Assembly (NCBI GenBank): GCA_963817955.1
Contig: CAWFQK010000003.1
Location: 1-64,000, forward strand
DNA: 64,000 bases
DNA from: an uncultured Gemmatimonadaceae bacterium
GTDB lineage: Bacteria > Gemmatimonadota > Gemmatimonadetes > Gemmatimonadales > Gemmatimonadaceae
Direction of reading: 5' to 3'
Below, piece by piece: positions 31,579 through 41,249 of the stretch. Under the pieces are notes generated by a model. It worked only from the letters and a program-made list of their open reading frames with translations, did not search any database and was not told the DNA's origin. The stretch's first letter is position 1. Each line of letters starts with the position of its first letter. Both the position numbers and the translations under genes were made by a program.

Positions 31579-32804
31579 GTGAGGTACTGTTGGCGCTCTG
31601 GATTGCGCTGATCGGCGCCGATCGCGTCGATTTCGCGGGCGGTCACGGGCCATTCGTCGTGACGCCCTTTCTGGCGCTGACACCCATAGTCATGGCGTCG
31701 GAGCTCTGGCGACACACTGTGCGCCGGCAGCCAGTTACGGTGTCGCGTTCCACGCTCAGCTACGCTGCAGCTGCCGCGGCGCTGGCTGCCGTGACGCTGG
31801 TCTCGGTGTTCCGCGCCCAAGAGATGCCGGTGTCCGCTTCGCGCACGATCTTGTTGATCGCCGACGTGGCGGGAACGTTTGGGGTGGCGTTGCTCTGCGC
31901 CGACCGGCGTAATCTGTGGCGCATACTTGCGTGGGGGGCGATAGGCAGTCTCGCACTGTACGCGGCGTTCGACGTCATGCAGGCCCTGTGGTTCGCGGGC
32001 CGCGGGCCGGAGCTTGTGCGGGTTGCAACCGCGACGGCGCGGTTCAACGCGCTGCAGAGCATAGGCCCGCTACCGCGCCTGGCCGGCCCAGTCGCCGACG
32101 GCAACCGCGCGGGTTTCGTGCTGCTGTTCTATATCGTCGTGATTGCCGGCGCGGGTCTGCGGCCGGCGACGCGGAGAACTGCTCTGGGCGTCGCGATCGT
32201 GCTGCTGGCGGTGACACTCTCCCGGTCCGCGAGCATGGCGGCATTGGCCACCGGCGCCATGGCACTGATCGCACGGCGGCGGCGTGTATCGCCCGCGCTG
32301 TTGTTGGCTACTTTGACAGGCATCGTGTTGACAACGGCTTATCTGTTCGCGTACCCCGAGACGCTCGAGCGGATGCAGAGGGTGGTACAGTCACCGGTCG
32401 CCAGTCGGTTATCCACCAATGAAGGGTCGGCGCAGGGACACCTGCACCTGATCGTACGAGGAATGGAGGAAGCCACACAGTCGGTGCCGCGCGCGACGAT
32501 GGGGTTGGGATACGGGAACGCTTATCTCGTGCTACAGGACGTGTTTCCGGCGAACCGGTATGGCAATTTTCACTCGCTGTATGTCACGATGTTCGCCGAA
32601 GCCGGGGTGTTTGCGCTGGTGCTGACGCTCGTATTGATGGGGGTTCCCCTCGTCATGGGCGGACCATGGCGCGCGCTCGTGGCCGGGTCGTTCGCGTTCA
32701 ATGTTTTTTATCAGACCACTACGGAGCCGGTGTTCTGGTTCTTGCTGGCGTTGGCTTGGATGACGATGCCGCGTTGGCGAGGTCGCGCCTGTCATCGTGA
32801 GTGA
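31575..32804 (+). CDS. Wzy polymerase / O-antigen ligase-like membrane protein
   Basis: Multi-TM, RLAG..DGN, TLSRS, GLGYGN, NFHSLYVTMFAEAG. Confidence 0.8.
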   Translation: MSEVLLALWIALIGADRVDFAGGHGPFVVTPFLALTPIVMASELWRHTVRRQPVTVSRSTLSYAAAAAALAAVTLVSVFRAQEMPVSASRTILLIADVAGTFGVALLCADRRNLWRILAWGAIGSLALYAAFDVMQALWFAGRGPELVRVATATARFNALQSIGPLPRLAGPVADGNRAGFVLLFYIVVIAGAGLRPATRRTALGVAIVLLAVTLSRSASMAALATGAMALIARRRRVSPALLLATLTGIVLTTAYLFAYPETLERMQRVVQSPVASRLSTNEGSAQGHLHLIVRGMEEATQSVPRATMGLGYGNAYLVLQDVFPANRYGNFHSLYVTMFAEAGVFALVLTLVLMGVPLVMGGPWRALVAGSFAFNVFYQTTTEPVFWFLLALAWMTMPRWRGRACHRE

Positions 32805-32810
32805 TGACGA

Positions 32811-33467
32811 TCAGTTCTTGTGCACCACAAACAGAACGTTCGTCGTTCCGCCATTCGTCACACGGAATCCATCGAGCACATTGAAGCCGCGACCCTGGCC
32901 GACGGTGTAGCCGAAGGGTGGGTTGATGCGCACGCCGAGTTCGTAGGCGCAGGGCACGCCGGTAAATGTGATGGTGCCGTTCGCGCCGCTACGGTCGAGC
33001 TCGAGCTCCTGCAAAGACGTATAGAGGACGGCAGTGACCACGGCGACGGGCGCACCCGTCTGGTCCACTATCTTCGCGACGACAGTTCCGGCACACCGGC
33101 TGAGTGTAAAGGTCAGCGACGCTTGCGAGCCCGCGTCGACAACGATGTTGTCTTTCGTCGAATATGGGGAGTCATTGGCGACGACGAAGTCATGAAACAA
33201 CAGGGGGCGGGTAACGGTCACGCCGTAGTTACCCTGCGGCACACGGACGAACGTAAAGCGGCCAGAGGAGTCCGTTGTGCCATAACCCATGGGGCGTTGG
33301 CCAGTGTACAGCACCAGCGACGCGCCGGGGATTGGAGAACCGTTGGGCTGCGACACCAGCGCTTGGACGGTGTTGTAGCGCGAGGGCTTGGTGAGCCAGG
33401 CGTCGCAGCCTGCACCGAGCGTGGCGGCAACCATTGTCGCCATGAGGAGCACGTAACGTTTGATCAC
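32811..33467 (-). CDS. Lipoprotein with carboxypeptidase-regulatory-like (transthyretin-fold) domains
   Basis: Lipobox LGAGC; GSPIPGASL..TTDSSGRFTF..VPQGNY; second repeat IVDQTGAPV. Confidence 0.65.
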   Translation of the reverse strand: MIKRYVLLMATMVAATLGAGCDAWLTKPSRYNTVQALVSQPNGSPIPGASLVLYTGQRPMGYGTTDSSGRFTFVRVPQGNYGVTVTRPLLFHDFVVANDSPYSTKDNIVVDAGSQASLTFTLSRCAGTVVAKIVDQTGAPVAVVTAVLYTSLQELELDRSGANGTITFTGVPCAYELGVRINPPFGYTVGQGRGFNVLDGFRVTNGGTTNVLFVVHKN

Positions 33468-35023
33468 GTGCGCCAGAGTTCCAGCGCAAGACCGAGCGCC
33501 AACGCTGCCGCCATGCCAAGGACGATACCAAGCACGATCATCACCGCCTTCTTTGGGAACGCCGGGTCATCCAGGTTCGCGACGCGCGGCGCGTCCACGA
33601 CATGCACTCGATCCTGTCGCAGCACGTCGGTCAACTCAGCTTGCTTCAACTGCTTACTGAGCGCGAGAAATATGGCTTCGCGCAGCGTCCGATCGCGCAC
33701 GAGCTGGCCGTAGCGCGTGGCTGCCGCGGGAAGCGTCTGGAGGGTGTCGATGAGTGCAGTGACTGTTTGTGCCGTGGTCGCCAGCTCCTGGTCGAGACTC
33801 TCCAGGTACTGCGGTCCCAGCCGATAGAGCTGCCCTTCGATCTCCGTGATGCGGGTGGTGAGTTGCCTGTACTCCGGGTTCGCCTCGGTGCGCGTGACGC
33901 CGAGCACGGCACGTTTGTTCTCCAGATCCACCAGCGCCTGTAACAGATCTTGAATGGCGCGGTTGCTGATCAGCGACGGAAAAGTGGCAAGCTGGCGGTA
34001 GGCGGTGGCGTCGGCGCCGCCACGCGACCGCGCCTCAATGATCGCCAGCATCTTCGCGAGCGCGTTGCGTTCGGAGCTGATGGCATCGACGCGCGTGCTG
34101 ATGGCGCTGATTCGTTTGACCTGCGCCGACGCTTGGTCCGTGGGCGAGATGAGACGGCTCTGTTCCTCGAACGCTCGGAGCGTCATTTCCGCCTCGGTGA
34201 GTTGGCGGGCGGTGGAATCGGCCTGTTCTCGAAGCTGTACGACGGCCACGGTGTCTTGCGTCCGTTCCATCCGATTGGAGTACGCGATGTATTCGTCGAT
34301 GATGCGTTGCACCACCTGCACCGCGAGCCGCCGATCCGGGTCCTCGTAGCCCACTTCGACCAGGCGCGATCCTCCTTCCTGTCGTTCGATAATGAGCCGC
34401 TTGTCCAGGAGATCGTGCACCTTGTACCGCGGCAGCACGCGAACAGTGATCTTGCCCGGGCCGCCGCGGCTGAGATCCTGGGACAGCGTGATCATCGCGC
34501 CGCCAACGCGCATGGAATCGCCAGCGGCGATGGACCTAGGCAGATAGCGAACTTCCTCGAGCCCGGATTTGTCCACCCGGTAGTGGCCGGCGCTTTCCTG
34601 AGTGAGCGTCAGCTGGCCGTCGGCATCAACTGTGGGATCTACCACGCGCACGTTCAGCAGGCGCGCGCGGTCACCGGCCGGCGTTCTTAGCTGGAAGGCG
34701 AGGCCGAGCGCGTCGATCGCCGCGTCGCGAACCCGGTCGCTGCGCAACACGGCCACTTCCGTTTCCAACTCGTCACGACCCAGACCAAGCAGTGCGGCAC
34801 CGGGAACCGCGGACATCTGATCGGTGAGCGCAGACCCAGCCGAATTCTTGGTGTCGATGCGAAGTCGCGCCCAGCTCTTGTACCGCGGGGTGGCGGTGAA
34901 GGTGTAGATCGCCACCAGCGTAAAGATCGTGGCAAATACACCAAGCAGCAGCCAGCGCCTGGCGGCAATTCGGCGCGCCAGCTCGCGGAGCGTGAGCTCC
35001 TGGGGGGATGGCTCGCCGTTCAC
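33464..35023 (-). CDS. GumC/Wzc-like polysaccharide co-polymerase without kinase domain
   Basis: ELTLREL..RRWLLL TM, TPRYKS, ETEVAVLRS, coiled coil, VHVVDAP..P.FPKK TM. Confidence 0.82.
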   Translation of the reverse strand: MNGEPSPQELTLRELARRIAARRWLLLGVFATIFTLVAIYTFTATPRYKSWARLRIDTKNSAGSALTDQMSAVPGAALLGLGRDELETEVAVLRSDRVRDAAIDALGLAFQLRTPAGDRARLLNVRVVDPTVDADGQLTLTQESAGHYRVDKSGLEEVRYLPRSIAAGDSMRVGGAMITLSQDLSRGGPGKITVRVLPRYKVHDLLDKRLIIERQEGGSRLVEVGYEDPDRRLAVQVVQRIIDEYIAYSNRMERTQDTVAVVQLREQADSTARQLTEAEMTLRAFEEQSRLISPTDQASAQVKRISAISTRVDAISSERNALAKMLAIIEARSRGGADATAYRQLATFPSLISNRAIQDLLQALVDLENKRAVLGVTRTEANPEYRQLTTRITEIEGQLYRLGPQYLESLDQELATTAQTVTALIDTLQTLPAAATRYGQLVRDRTLREAIFLALSKQLKQAELTDVLRQDRVHVVDAPRVANLDDPAFPKKAVMIVLGIVLGMAAALALGLALELWRT

Positions 35024-36687
35024 CGGCGCCACGCCGCAGTTGAAAGCGTCACGGACAGCGTGTTGTTGATCAAGTCGATACCGGCTGTCTCCACACCAAT
35101 CCCGACGACGTACGCCTGAAACAGGTAATTGAACCGCGCCGCGTGAGCAAAGTCCACGAGCAGATCGACATCGCGCCATGATCCTCCGGCACGAAGGCCG
35201 GCCAACATGGTCACGTCCTGACGCTTGAAGAACGGGACGATGGGCTCCTCGAGCGTTCCATTGTCCCAGCGAATGCGTTCGAGGTACGGACCGATGCGCC
35301 AATTCTTGGCGAAGAGTTCTCCGGCGAGCCATTGGCTGGAGGCACCAGGACCGATCGCCGCACCCAGCATCTGGCCGCGTTGAGTGAATCCCTGCGGCAC
35401 CGCGCGGCTTGTGTATGTGACGGCCGTGGGTCGAAGGCGCAGCGACGGATCGGGCTCCATGTACGATGCCTCGCTCTGCAACCGGAAGCTGCGCTGCCCG
35501 CGGGTGGAATGAGCCCATTGAAAGCCCAGCGTGTACCCCTCCGAGTGGCCGGGGTACTCGAGGAAATCGCGCAGGGAGCGCGGCTCCTCGAAGCGCGCCC
35601 ACTCCACGTATGCCTCGAACCCGGCGTCGGGAACGAGCCAGCGCGCAAAGAAAGAGGTGATCTGGTCTCGCGCATGCTGTGGAACTACGACGTTGGTATC
35701 GACGTTGAGGTGCCCAACCGTACCGAACACATTGAATGCGGCGCCGACGGGAAACGCCGTGCCGCCTTGCGAACCCATGACGAGGCGCGCAACACCCAGC
35801 GTCAGTGTACTGTCGAACGGTGTGGTCCAGGTGGCAGCCATGCCGGCGAGTGAGCGCTTGTTGTTTGAGGTGTCGGCGTCGAAGTAGTCTGACTCGGAAA
35901 GCTGGCCGACGATCCACTGCGCATCGAAAGTGCCGAAATGCGTGCGCAGGGGCTGCTTGGTCTGCAGAAAGAGATGTGGGAATCCAGGCGCGTTGTTGCT
36001 GAGCGTGATGGCGTTCCGGATACCGGGTCCCCACCAGAGGTTCTCGGTAGCAGCTCCAAACGACGCCGCACCCGCGTCGATGGTCAGGCTGCTCTGCCCT
36101 GGATCGAGACGTTGGAGCCGCCGATCGCCAAAGCGAAGTGGCAGATCGATCGACTCCGGCAGTGGATGGAAGGGATTCGCCCAGACGTTGCGCGGCGACG
36201 CCACGTCCTGCCGAAAGGGAATGACCTGAAAGAGCTCGTTGTCCGATGAAACGAGTGTTGGCGCAATTATCAATCGAACGGCGCCCGCGTGAACGGCAAG
36301 TGCCGCCGTTGCGGACTCGTTCCAGCCACGACCGGCCCAGAGTGGGCCGTCGTTGAGCGAAAAGGGAATTCCGGAGTTCCTGAGGGCGCGAATTTCCAGC
36401 AGACTGGCGCCGAACTGCCAGGCAGACGACGAGTCGTGCGCGGCCGCCATGCGCGATGTGGAACGCAGCAGCAACAGCGCTCGTTTTGTGGAATCCGTGA
36501 GCGCATCTAGTCTGAGGCGCTCGTCCGCGTCGCTGCCAATGTTCACGAGCGGCGCGGTGACAAAGTGTTGCGCGTCAACGCGTGCGGCGCCGCGCCCGCC
36601 GCCGAGTAAGGCCAGCGTGATCGCCAGGATGGAAATCCGGGGTGGTCGCGCGATCGCGGCTCTCGCGGTAGGAAAGGTGGCCCTCAT
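35020..36687 (-). CDS. Capsule-assembly Wzi-like outer-membrane beta-barrel
   Basis: Signal peptide; ENLWWGPGIRNAITLSNNAPGFPH; YTSR..PQGFTQRGQMLGAAIGPG. Confidence 0.72.
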   Translation of the reverse strand: MRATFPTARAAIARPPRISILAITLALLGGGRGAARVDAQHFVTAPLVNIGSDADERLRLDALTDSTKRALLLLRSTSRMAAAHDSSSAWQFGASLLEIRALRNSGIPFSLNDGPLWAGRGWNESATAALAVHAGAVRLIIAPTLVSSDNELFQVIPFRQDVASPRNVWANPFHPLPESIDLPLRFGDRRLQRLDPGQSSLTIDAGAASFGAATENLWWGPGIRNAITLSNNAPGFPHLFLQTKQPLRTHFGTFDAQWIVGQLSESDYFDADTSNNKRSLAGMAATWTTPFDSTLTLGVARLVMGSQGGTAFPVGAAFNVFGTVGHLNVDTNVVVPQHARDQITSFFARWLVPDAGFEAYVEWARFEEPRSLRDFLEYPGHSEGYTLGFQWAHSTRGQRSFRLQSEASYMEPDPSLRLRPTAVTYTSRAVPQGFTQRGQMLGAAIGPGASSQWLAGELFAKNWRIGPYLERIRWDNGTLEEPIVPFFKRQDVTMLAGLRAGGSWRDVDLLVDFAHAARFNYLFQAYVVGIGVETAGIDLINNTLSVTLSTAAWRR

Positions 36688-36712
36688 TGTCACATCGATA
36701 CTAAGCTTAGGA

Positions 36713-38376
36713 ATGTCGACAAAGCAACTACGTGGGATCCGGCGCGCGGCGACGGTGCTGGTGCTCGCGGGTACCGAGCTGTTGGCGGGTTTCCATTCAG
36801 CCGTCGCGCAGGTGTATTCTCGGCTCGATCTGGGTTGGTCGATCGAGGTGGGGGGTGAAGCCGAGCGATACGCGCGCGTTCTACAGCTCGCCGGCGCTGT
36901 GCCACTCACGCCGTGGAGCATCCAGCCCTTTTCGCCGTCGCAAGTGCGGGCGATGCGGCCAAGGCAGGGGCACCCGTGGGCAGGGCAGTTTGCCGATAGC
37001 CTTCGCACCGACTCGGGCAGCCTTCGCGTGCTGCGGCCCATGGCACGCCTTATCGGCAACTCGACATATGCCTACCAGGTAAGCGGCGGACCGACGTGGG
37101 CAGGCAGGGGCCTTACCGCAGACGTGCAGGGCGGCGTGGCCTGGGCATGGAAAAGCGTCTATGCGGAAGCCGCACCGGTGGCATTCGTGGCGCAGAACGC
37201 CGAGTTCCCGTTGGCACCGAATGGTCTGTCGGGAAACGGGCAGTACGCGGACGCGCGGTTCCCTAGTAAAATCGATGCCCCACAGCGCTTTGGTGCCGGC
37301 GCGTACTCAGGTGTGGGGGCCGGCACGTCGTCACTGGTGTGTGGACTCGCACAACCTGGTTCTGGGCGTGTCGTCTGCCCCTCAACGGTGGGGGCCGCAG
37401 CGGGACTACCCGCTGGTGCTCGGACCGAACGCCGGCGGGTTTCCGGCAGTCTTTTTCGGCAGTAGCCACCCTTGGAATTTCTGGCTGTTCCGCGGCCACG
37501 GACGACTGGTATATGGCGAGCTCGGGCAGTCAGCCTACGCGCCGCCCGATACAGGGAACACGAAAGCGTCTAGGGTCGGGCATCGTGGTGGTTGCCGAGC
37601 CACGTGGCGCGCCAGGACTGGAGATCGGGTTGGCGCGGTTCATCCATCGGCCCTGGGGTGATTTCTCCGCGAACGCCCTCAGCCGGCCATTTTCTGGGGT
37701 CATCATCACCAACACCAACGGCTCACTGAACCAGGCAGCGGAGAACCAGACGGCGTCCATTTTTGCGCGGTGGGCAGTGCCCCGGGCAAAGTCCGAGTTC
37801 TACGGTGAATTCTACAAAGAGGACTACCCCGGCGGCTTTCACCAAGCTGCGGGGAACCTGGTCGAGCAGCCCGACGATCTCGCCTCATTCGCGCTGGGGT
37901 TTCAGCGCCTGCTCATTAGTGACGCGCGTGTGATTCGCGTGCTTCGTGGCGAGTTGGTAAACGGACAGTCGTCGCATCAGGAGCGGTTGGAACGCGGATT
38001 CACGTCGCCGGATCCGCCTTATATCCACGGCGTGGAGCTACAAGGTCACACGTTGAACGGTTTGATTCTCGGCTCTCCGGAAGCGTATGGCGGCGCGGCA
38101 TGGCGGTTAGGCATCGACGAATTTACGTCCCGTGGCCGCCGATCGGTGAGCCTGGAGCGGTCGCTTCGCTTGGACTGGCTGCCGACCGAGCCCGCGGCGG
38201 CGGCGGGGGTGGTGCACCCCGACGTCATCTATGCCATCCGGGCGGAGGTCTTGAGCTTTCGTGGGCCGCGCACTGTTGGCGTAACGCTCATCCCGGCGGT
38301 GGACCTCAATCGCAACCTGGTCGCGCACCACGACGTGTTGAATGTGACCGCAGCCGTCAGCATGCGCGGATGGTAG
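36713..38376 (+). CDS. Second Wzi-like outer-membrane protein (two frameshifts near 37340 and 37560)
   Basis: GPTWAGRG, IDAPQRFG, QRWGP..YPLVLGPNAGGFP, YIHG...GHTLNGLILGS, terminal W. Confidence 0.65.
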
Positions 38377-38379
38377 CTT

Positions 38380-39027
38380 TCAACGGCGAATAATCGTGAC
38401 CAGGATGCCTGCCGCCGATACCAAGGTGGATGCAACCAGCGCCTGATTGCGTTCGAACCAGGAGCGCCGGTCAACAAAAATCTGATCGTTGGAATGCACG
38501 CCCGATTGGAGCATCAGACTTTCCACCGATGCCGATTTCACCACCGTCTGGCCGTTCCGGACGACGCGCACACGGTGCAGATCCCCGGTAGGCGTTGCGC
38601 CGCCCGCCAGCGCCACCAGGCCCGCCAAGCTGAGTGTAGGATCGGCGAGATATTGCCCCGGCTTGGTGACCTCGCCCAGCACTTGCACACGCCGCAGCGG
38701 GGTGAGCGTGATCGACGGGTTCTTGAGCTGCCGTTGGTATTCGGCGATGAGCGAGTCGCGGAGTTGGTCGAAAGAACGGCCCGCCACGTTCACAACGCCC
38801 AGCATGGGCAACGTGAGACGGCCTCTTTCGTCCACTTTGAAGTCGCCGGACAAGTCCTTCTCGCGCCAGACCATGGACCGTACGACGTCACCTGGCTCGA
38901 GCACCAGCGTCGAATCTGGCCGCGCCGCGGGAGCCTGCGCGCGCAGGCCCCCGGCTAGGCAGCATAGAACGCACGCCAACCGTGAAGCAAGAGATAAGAA
39001 GCGCATTGCCGACAGGGTTTGTGTCAT
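38380..39027 (-). CDS. Wza-type polysaccharide export protein (Poly_export + SLBB)
   Basis: LEPGDVV..VWREKDLSG.FKVDERGRLTLPMLG, VLGEVTKPGQY, LAGG. Confidence 0.88.
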   Translation of the reverse strand: MTQTLSAMRFLSLASRLACVLCCLAGGLRAQAPAARPDSTLVLEPGDVVRSMVWREKDLSGDFKVDERGRLTLPMLGVVNVAGRSFDQLRDSLIAEYQRQLKNPSITLTPLRRVQVLGEVTKPGQYLADPTLSLAGLVALAGGATPTGDLHRVRVVRNGQTVVKSASVESLMLQSGVHSNDQIFVDRRSWFERNQALVASTLVSAAGILVTIIRR

Positions 39028-39088
39028 GACCGCCGTTCAGGTATGGTAACCACATGAAACGCGCGCCGCTCGATCGGGACTACAGGGC

Positions 39089-40045
39089 ATGGTGACTGTC
39101 GACATCATCTGTTCGGTGCTCAACGCCGAACGGTTCCTACCCGAGTTTCTGGCGAGCCTGGCGGCGCAGACGCACGCCAGTTGGCGGTTGTGGCTGCGCG
39201 ACGACGGCTCGACGGACGGTACGGCGAGCATCTTCAGATCAGCGAGCGATGCAGACTCACGCGTGCGGATCCTTGATGTGGGCGGCCCCAGGATGGGGGC
39301 TGCGCAGAGCTTCGGTTGGGCGCTGGAGCGGGTTCCGGATGACAGCTCGTATGTAATGACTGCCGACGCCGACGACATCTGGCTGCCCACCAAAATAGAG
39401 CGCACGCTTGCCGTGATGATCGAGAGTGAGGCGTCGCACAGCCCAGCCATGCCCATCCTCGTACACACAGATCTCACTGTGGTGGACGCAGATCTCCGCG
39501 AGCGCCACCCATCGTTCTGGCGCCTTACCGATCTCAGACCTGAACCGCCGACGCTGCGCCGCGTCGTGGTGCGTAACGTCGCGACCGGTCCAACGATCAT
39601 GCTCAACGCAGCCCTTCGAGCGCGCATCGGCACAACACCAGCCGAGGCGACATATCAGGATTGGTGGTATGCGCTCGTCGCGGCAGCAGTGGGTCGCGTG
39701 GTGGCGATCCACGAGCCCACTGTGTTGTACCGCCAGCATGGAGCCAACCACGTTGGGGCGCAGGCCCGAGAGCCTGTGCGCTTTTCGAACCTGCCGGGTG
39801 CGATTCGCGCCGGCCTGGCGCGGAGCGGTCAGTTCCGAGCGGGTATTCGCAAGACGGCGGCGCAGGCAGGCGCGCTACTCGCGCGATACGGCGACCAACT
39901 GACGCCAGAGGATCGACAGTTCCTTCTCGACTACTCGCGTATTCCGGACCGGAGTTTTGCTCGGCGGAAGCTGGAAGTGCTGAGACTGAGGGCGCTGCCG
40001 GAGTATGGGCTCGTACGCACTCTGGGAGCGCTGCTGCGCGGTTGA
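39089..40045 (+). CDS. GT2-family glycosyltransferase (RgpB-like rhamnosyltransferase)
   Basis: RDDGSTDGT, DADDIWLPTK, LVHTDL.VVD, QDWW, LYRQHGAN. Confidence 0.88.
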   Translation: MVTVDIICSVLNAERFLPEFLASLAAQTHASWRLWLRDDGSTDGTASIFRSASDADSRVRILDVGGPRMGAAQSFGWALERVPDDSSYVMTADADDIWLPTKIERTLAVMIESEASHSPAMPILVHTDLTVVDADLRERHPSFWRLTDLRPEPPTLRRVVVRNVATGPTIMLNAALRARIGTTPAEATYQDWWYALVAAAVGRVVAIHEPTVLYRQHGANHVGAQAREPVRFSNLPGAIRAGLARSGQFRAGIRKTAAQAGALLARYGDQLTPEDRQFLLDYSRIPDRSFARRKLEVLRLRALPEYGLVRTLGALLRG

Positions 40046-40085
40046 CTACGCTCACGGCATTTCCGAATACCGCGGCGCGGCCGTG

Positions 40086-41249
40086 ATGCTGCCGTCCAAT
40101 TTGAGAATCGCGATCGTCCACGAATGGCTCGTGACCTTTGGCGGGTCGGAGCTCGTGCTGCGCGAACTGCTCCGGCTTTTTCCACGTGCCGAGGTGTTCA
40201 CGCTGATCGATACCATGGACCCCGATCAGCGCGAGTTCTTGGGTGTGCAGCGAACGAAAGCGAGCTTTCTCAACCGAATACCTGGTGTGGAAGGGCGCCA
40301 CCGTTCGCTGCTGCCCCTCTTTCCTGCCGCCGTGCGGTCGCTCGACGTGAGCCAGTTCGACGTAGTGATCTCGAATTCGCATGCGGTGGCAAAGGGAGTG
40401 CGCACCCATGACCGGCAGCTCCACCTCTGCTACTGCTTATCGCCAATGCGGTATGCATGGGATCTGCGCGAGCAGTACCTGACGGAAGCCGGACTGGCCA
40501 CGGGCGTGCGTGGGGTACTCGCGCGAAGTCTGCTCGAGGCCCTCCGCCGGTGGGATCGCCGGAACAGCCGCGGGGTGGACGCGTTCTCGACGCTCTCGCG
40601 CTATGTGGGCGACCGGATTCAGCGTGCATATGGCCGGCAGTCGACCGTGGTGTACCCGCCGGTGGACACCGAGTTCTTCACCCCCGTCCCGGCATTACGC
40701 GCGGCGGCTGAGTACTACGTGACGGCGAGCCGGTTCGTGCCGTACAAGCGAATGGACCTGATCGCGCGCGCGTTTTCGCTGCTGCCGGATCGGAAGCTGG
40801 TGGTGATTGGCGACGGGCCGGACGCCGCCAAAGTTCGCGCAGCGGCTGGTGCCAATGTTACGCTGCTCGGCCATGTAGACCGGTCCAGACTGCGCGACGT
40901 GCTTCGCGGAGCGCGGGCCTTTGTGTTTGCCGCCGAGGAAGATTTCGGCATTGCGCCCCTGGAGGCGCAGGCGTGCGGCGTGCCCGTGATCGCCTACGGG
41001 CGGGGCGGCGCGATGGAGACCGTGCGCGGAATTGGCTCAGAGCGGCCGACTGGATTGCATTTCAGCGAGCAGACTGCGGAGTCGATCGCGGCTGCAGTGG
41101 TGGAGTTCGAGCGAGTATCTGGTTCATTCTCACCAGAAGCGTGCCGTGCCAACGCCGAGTGCTTCAGCGAAGCAAGGTTCCGGGAGCAGTTTGGCGAGTG
41201 GGTCGAGCGCGAGTGGCTAGTGTTTACTTCTTCACGATTGCCGCAATAG
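40086..41249 (+). CDS. GT4-family glycosyltransferase (WbaZ-like mannosyltransferase)
   Basis: IVHEWLVTFGGSE, SHAVAKG, PMRYAWD, YPPVD, EEDFGIAPLEAQACG. Confidence 0.9.
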   Translation: MLPSNLRIAIVHEWLVTFGGSELVLRELLRLFPRAEVFTLIDTMDPDQREFLGVQRTKASFLNRIPGVEGRHRSLLPLFPAAVRSLDVSQFDVVISNSHAVAKGVRTHDRQLHLCYCLSPMRYAWDLREQYLTEAGLATGVRGVLARSLLEALRRWDRRNSRGVDAFSTLSRYVGDRIQRAYGRQSTVVYPPVDTEFFTPVPALRAAAEYYVTASRFVPYKRMDLIARAFSLLPDRKLVVIGDGPDAAKVRAAAGANVTLLGHVDRSRLRDVLRGARAFVFAAEEDFGIAPLEAQACGVPVIAYGRGGAMETVRGIGSERPTGLHFSEQTAESIAAAVVEFERVSGSFSPEACRANAECFSEARFREQFGEWVEREWLVFTSSRLPQ

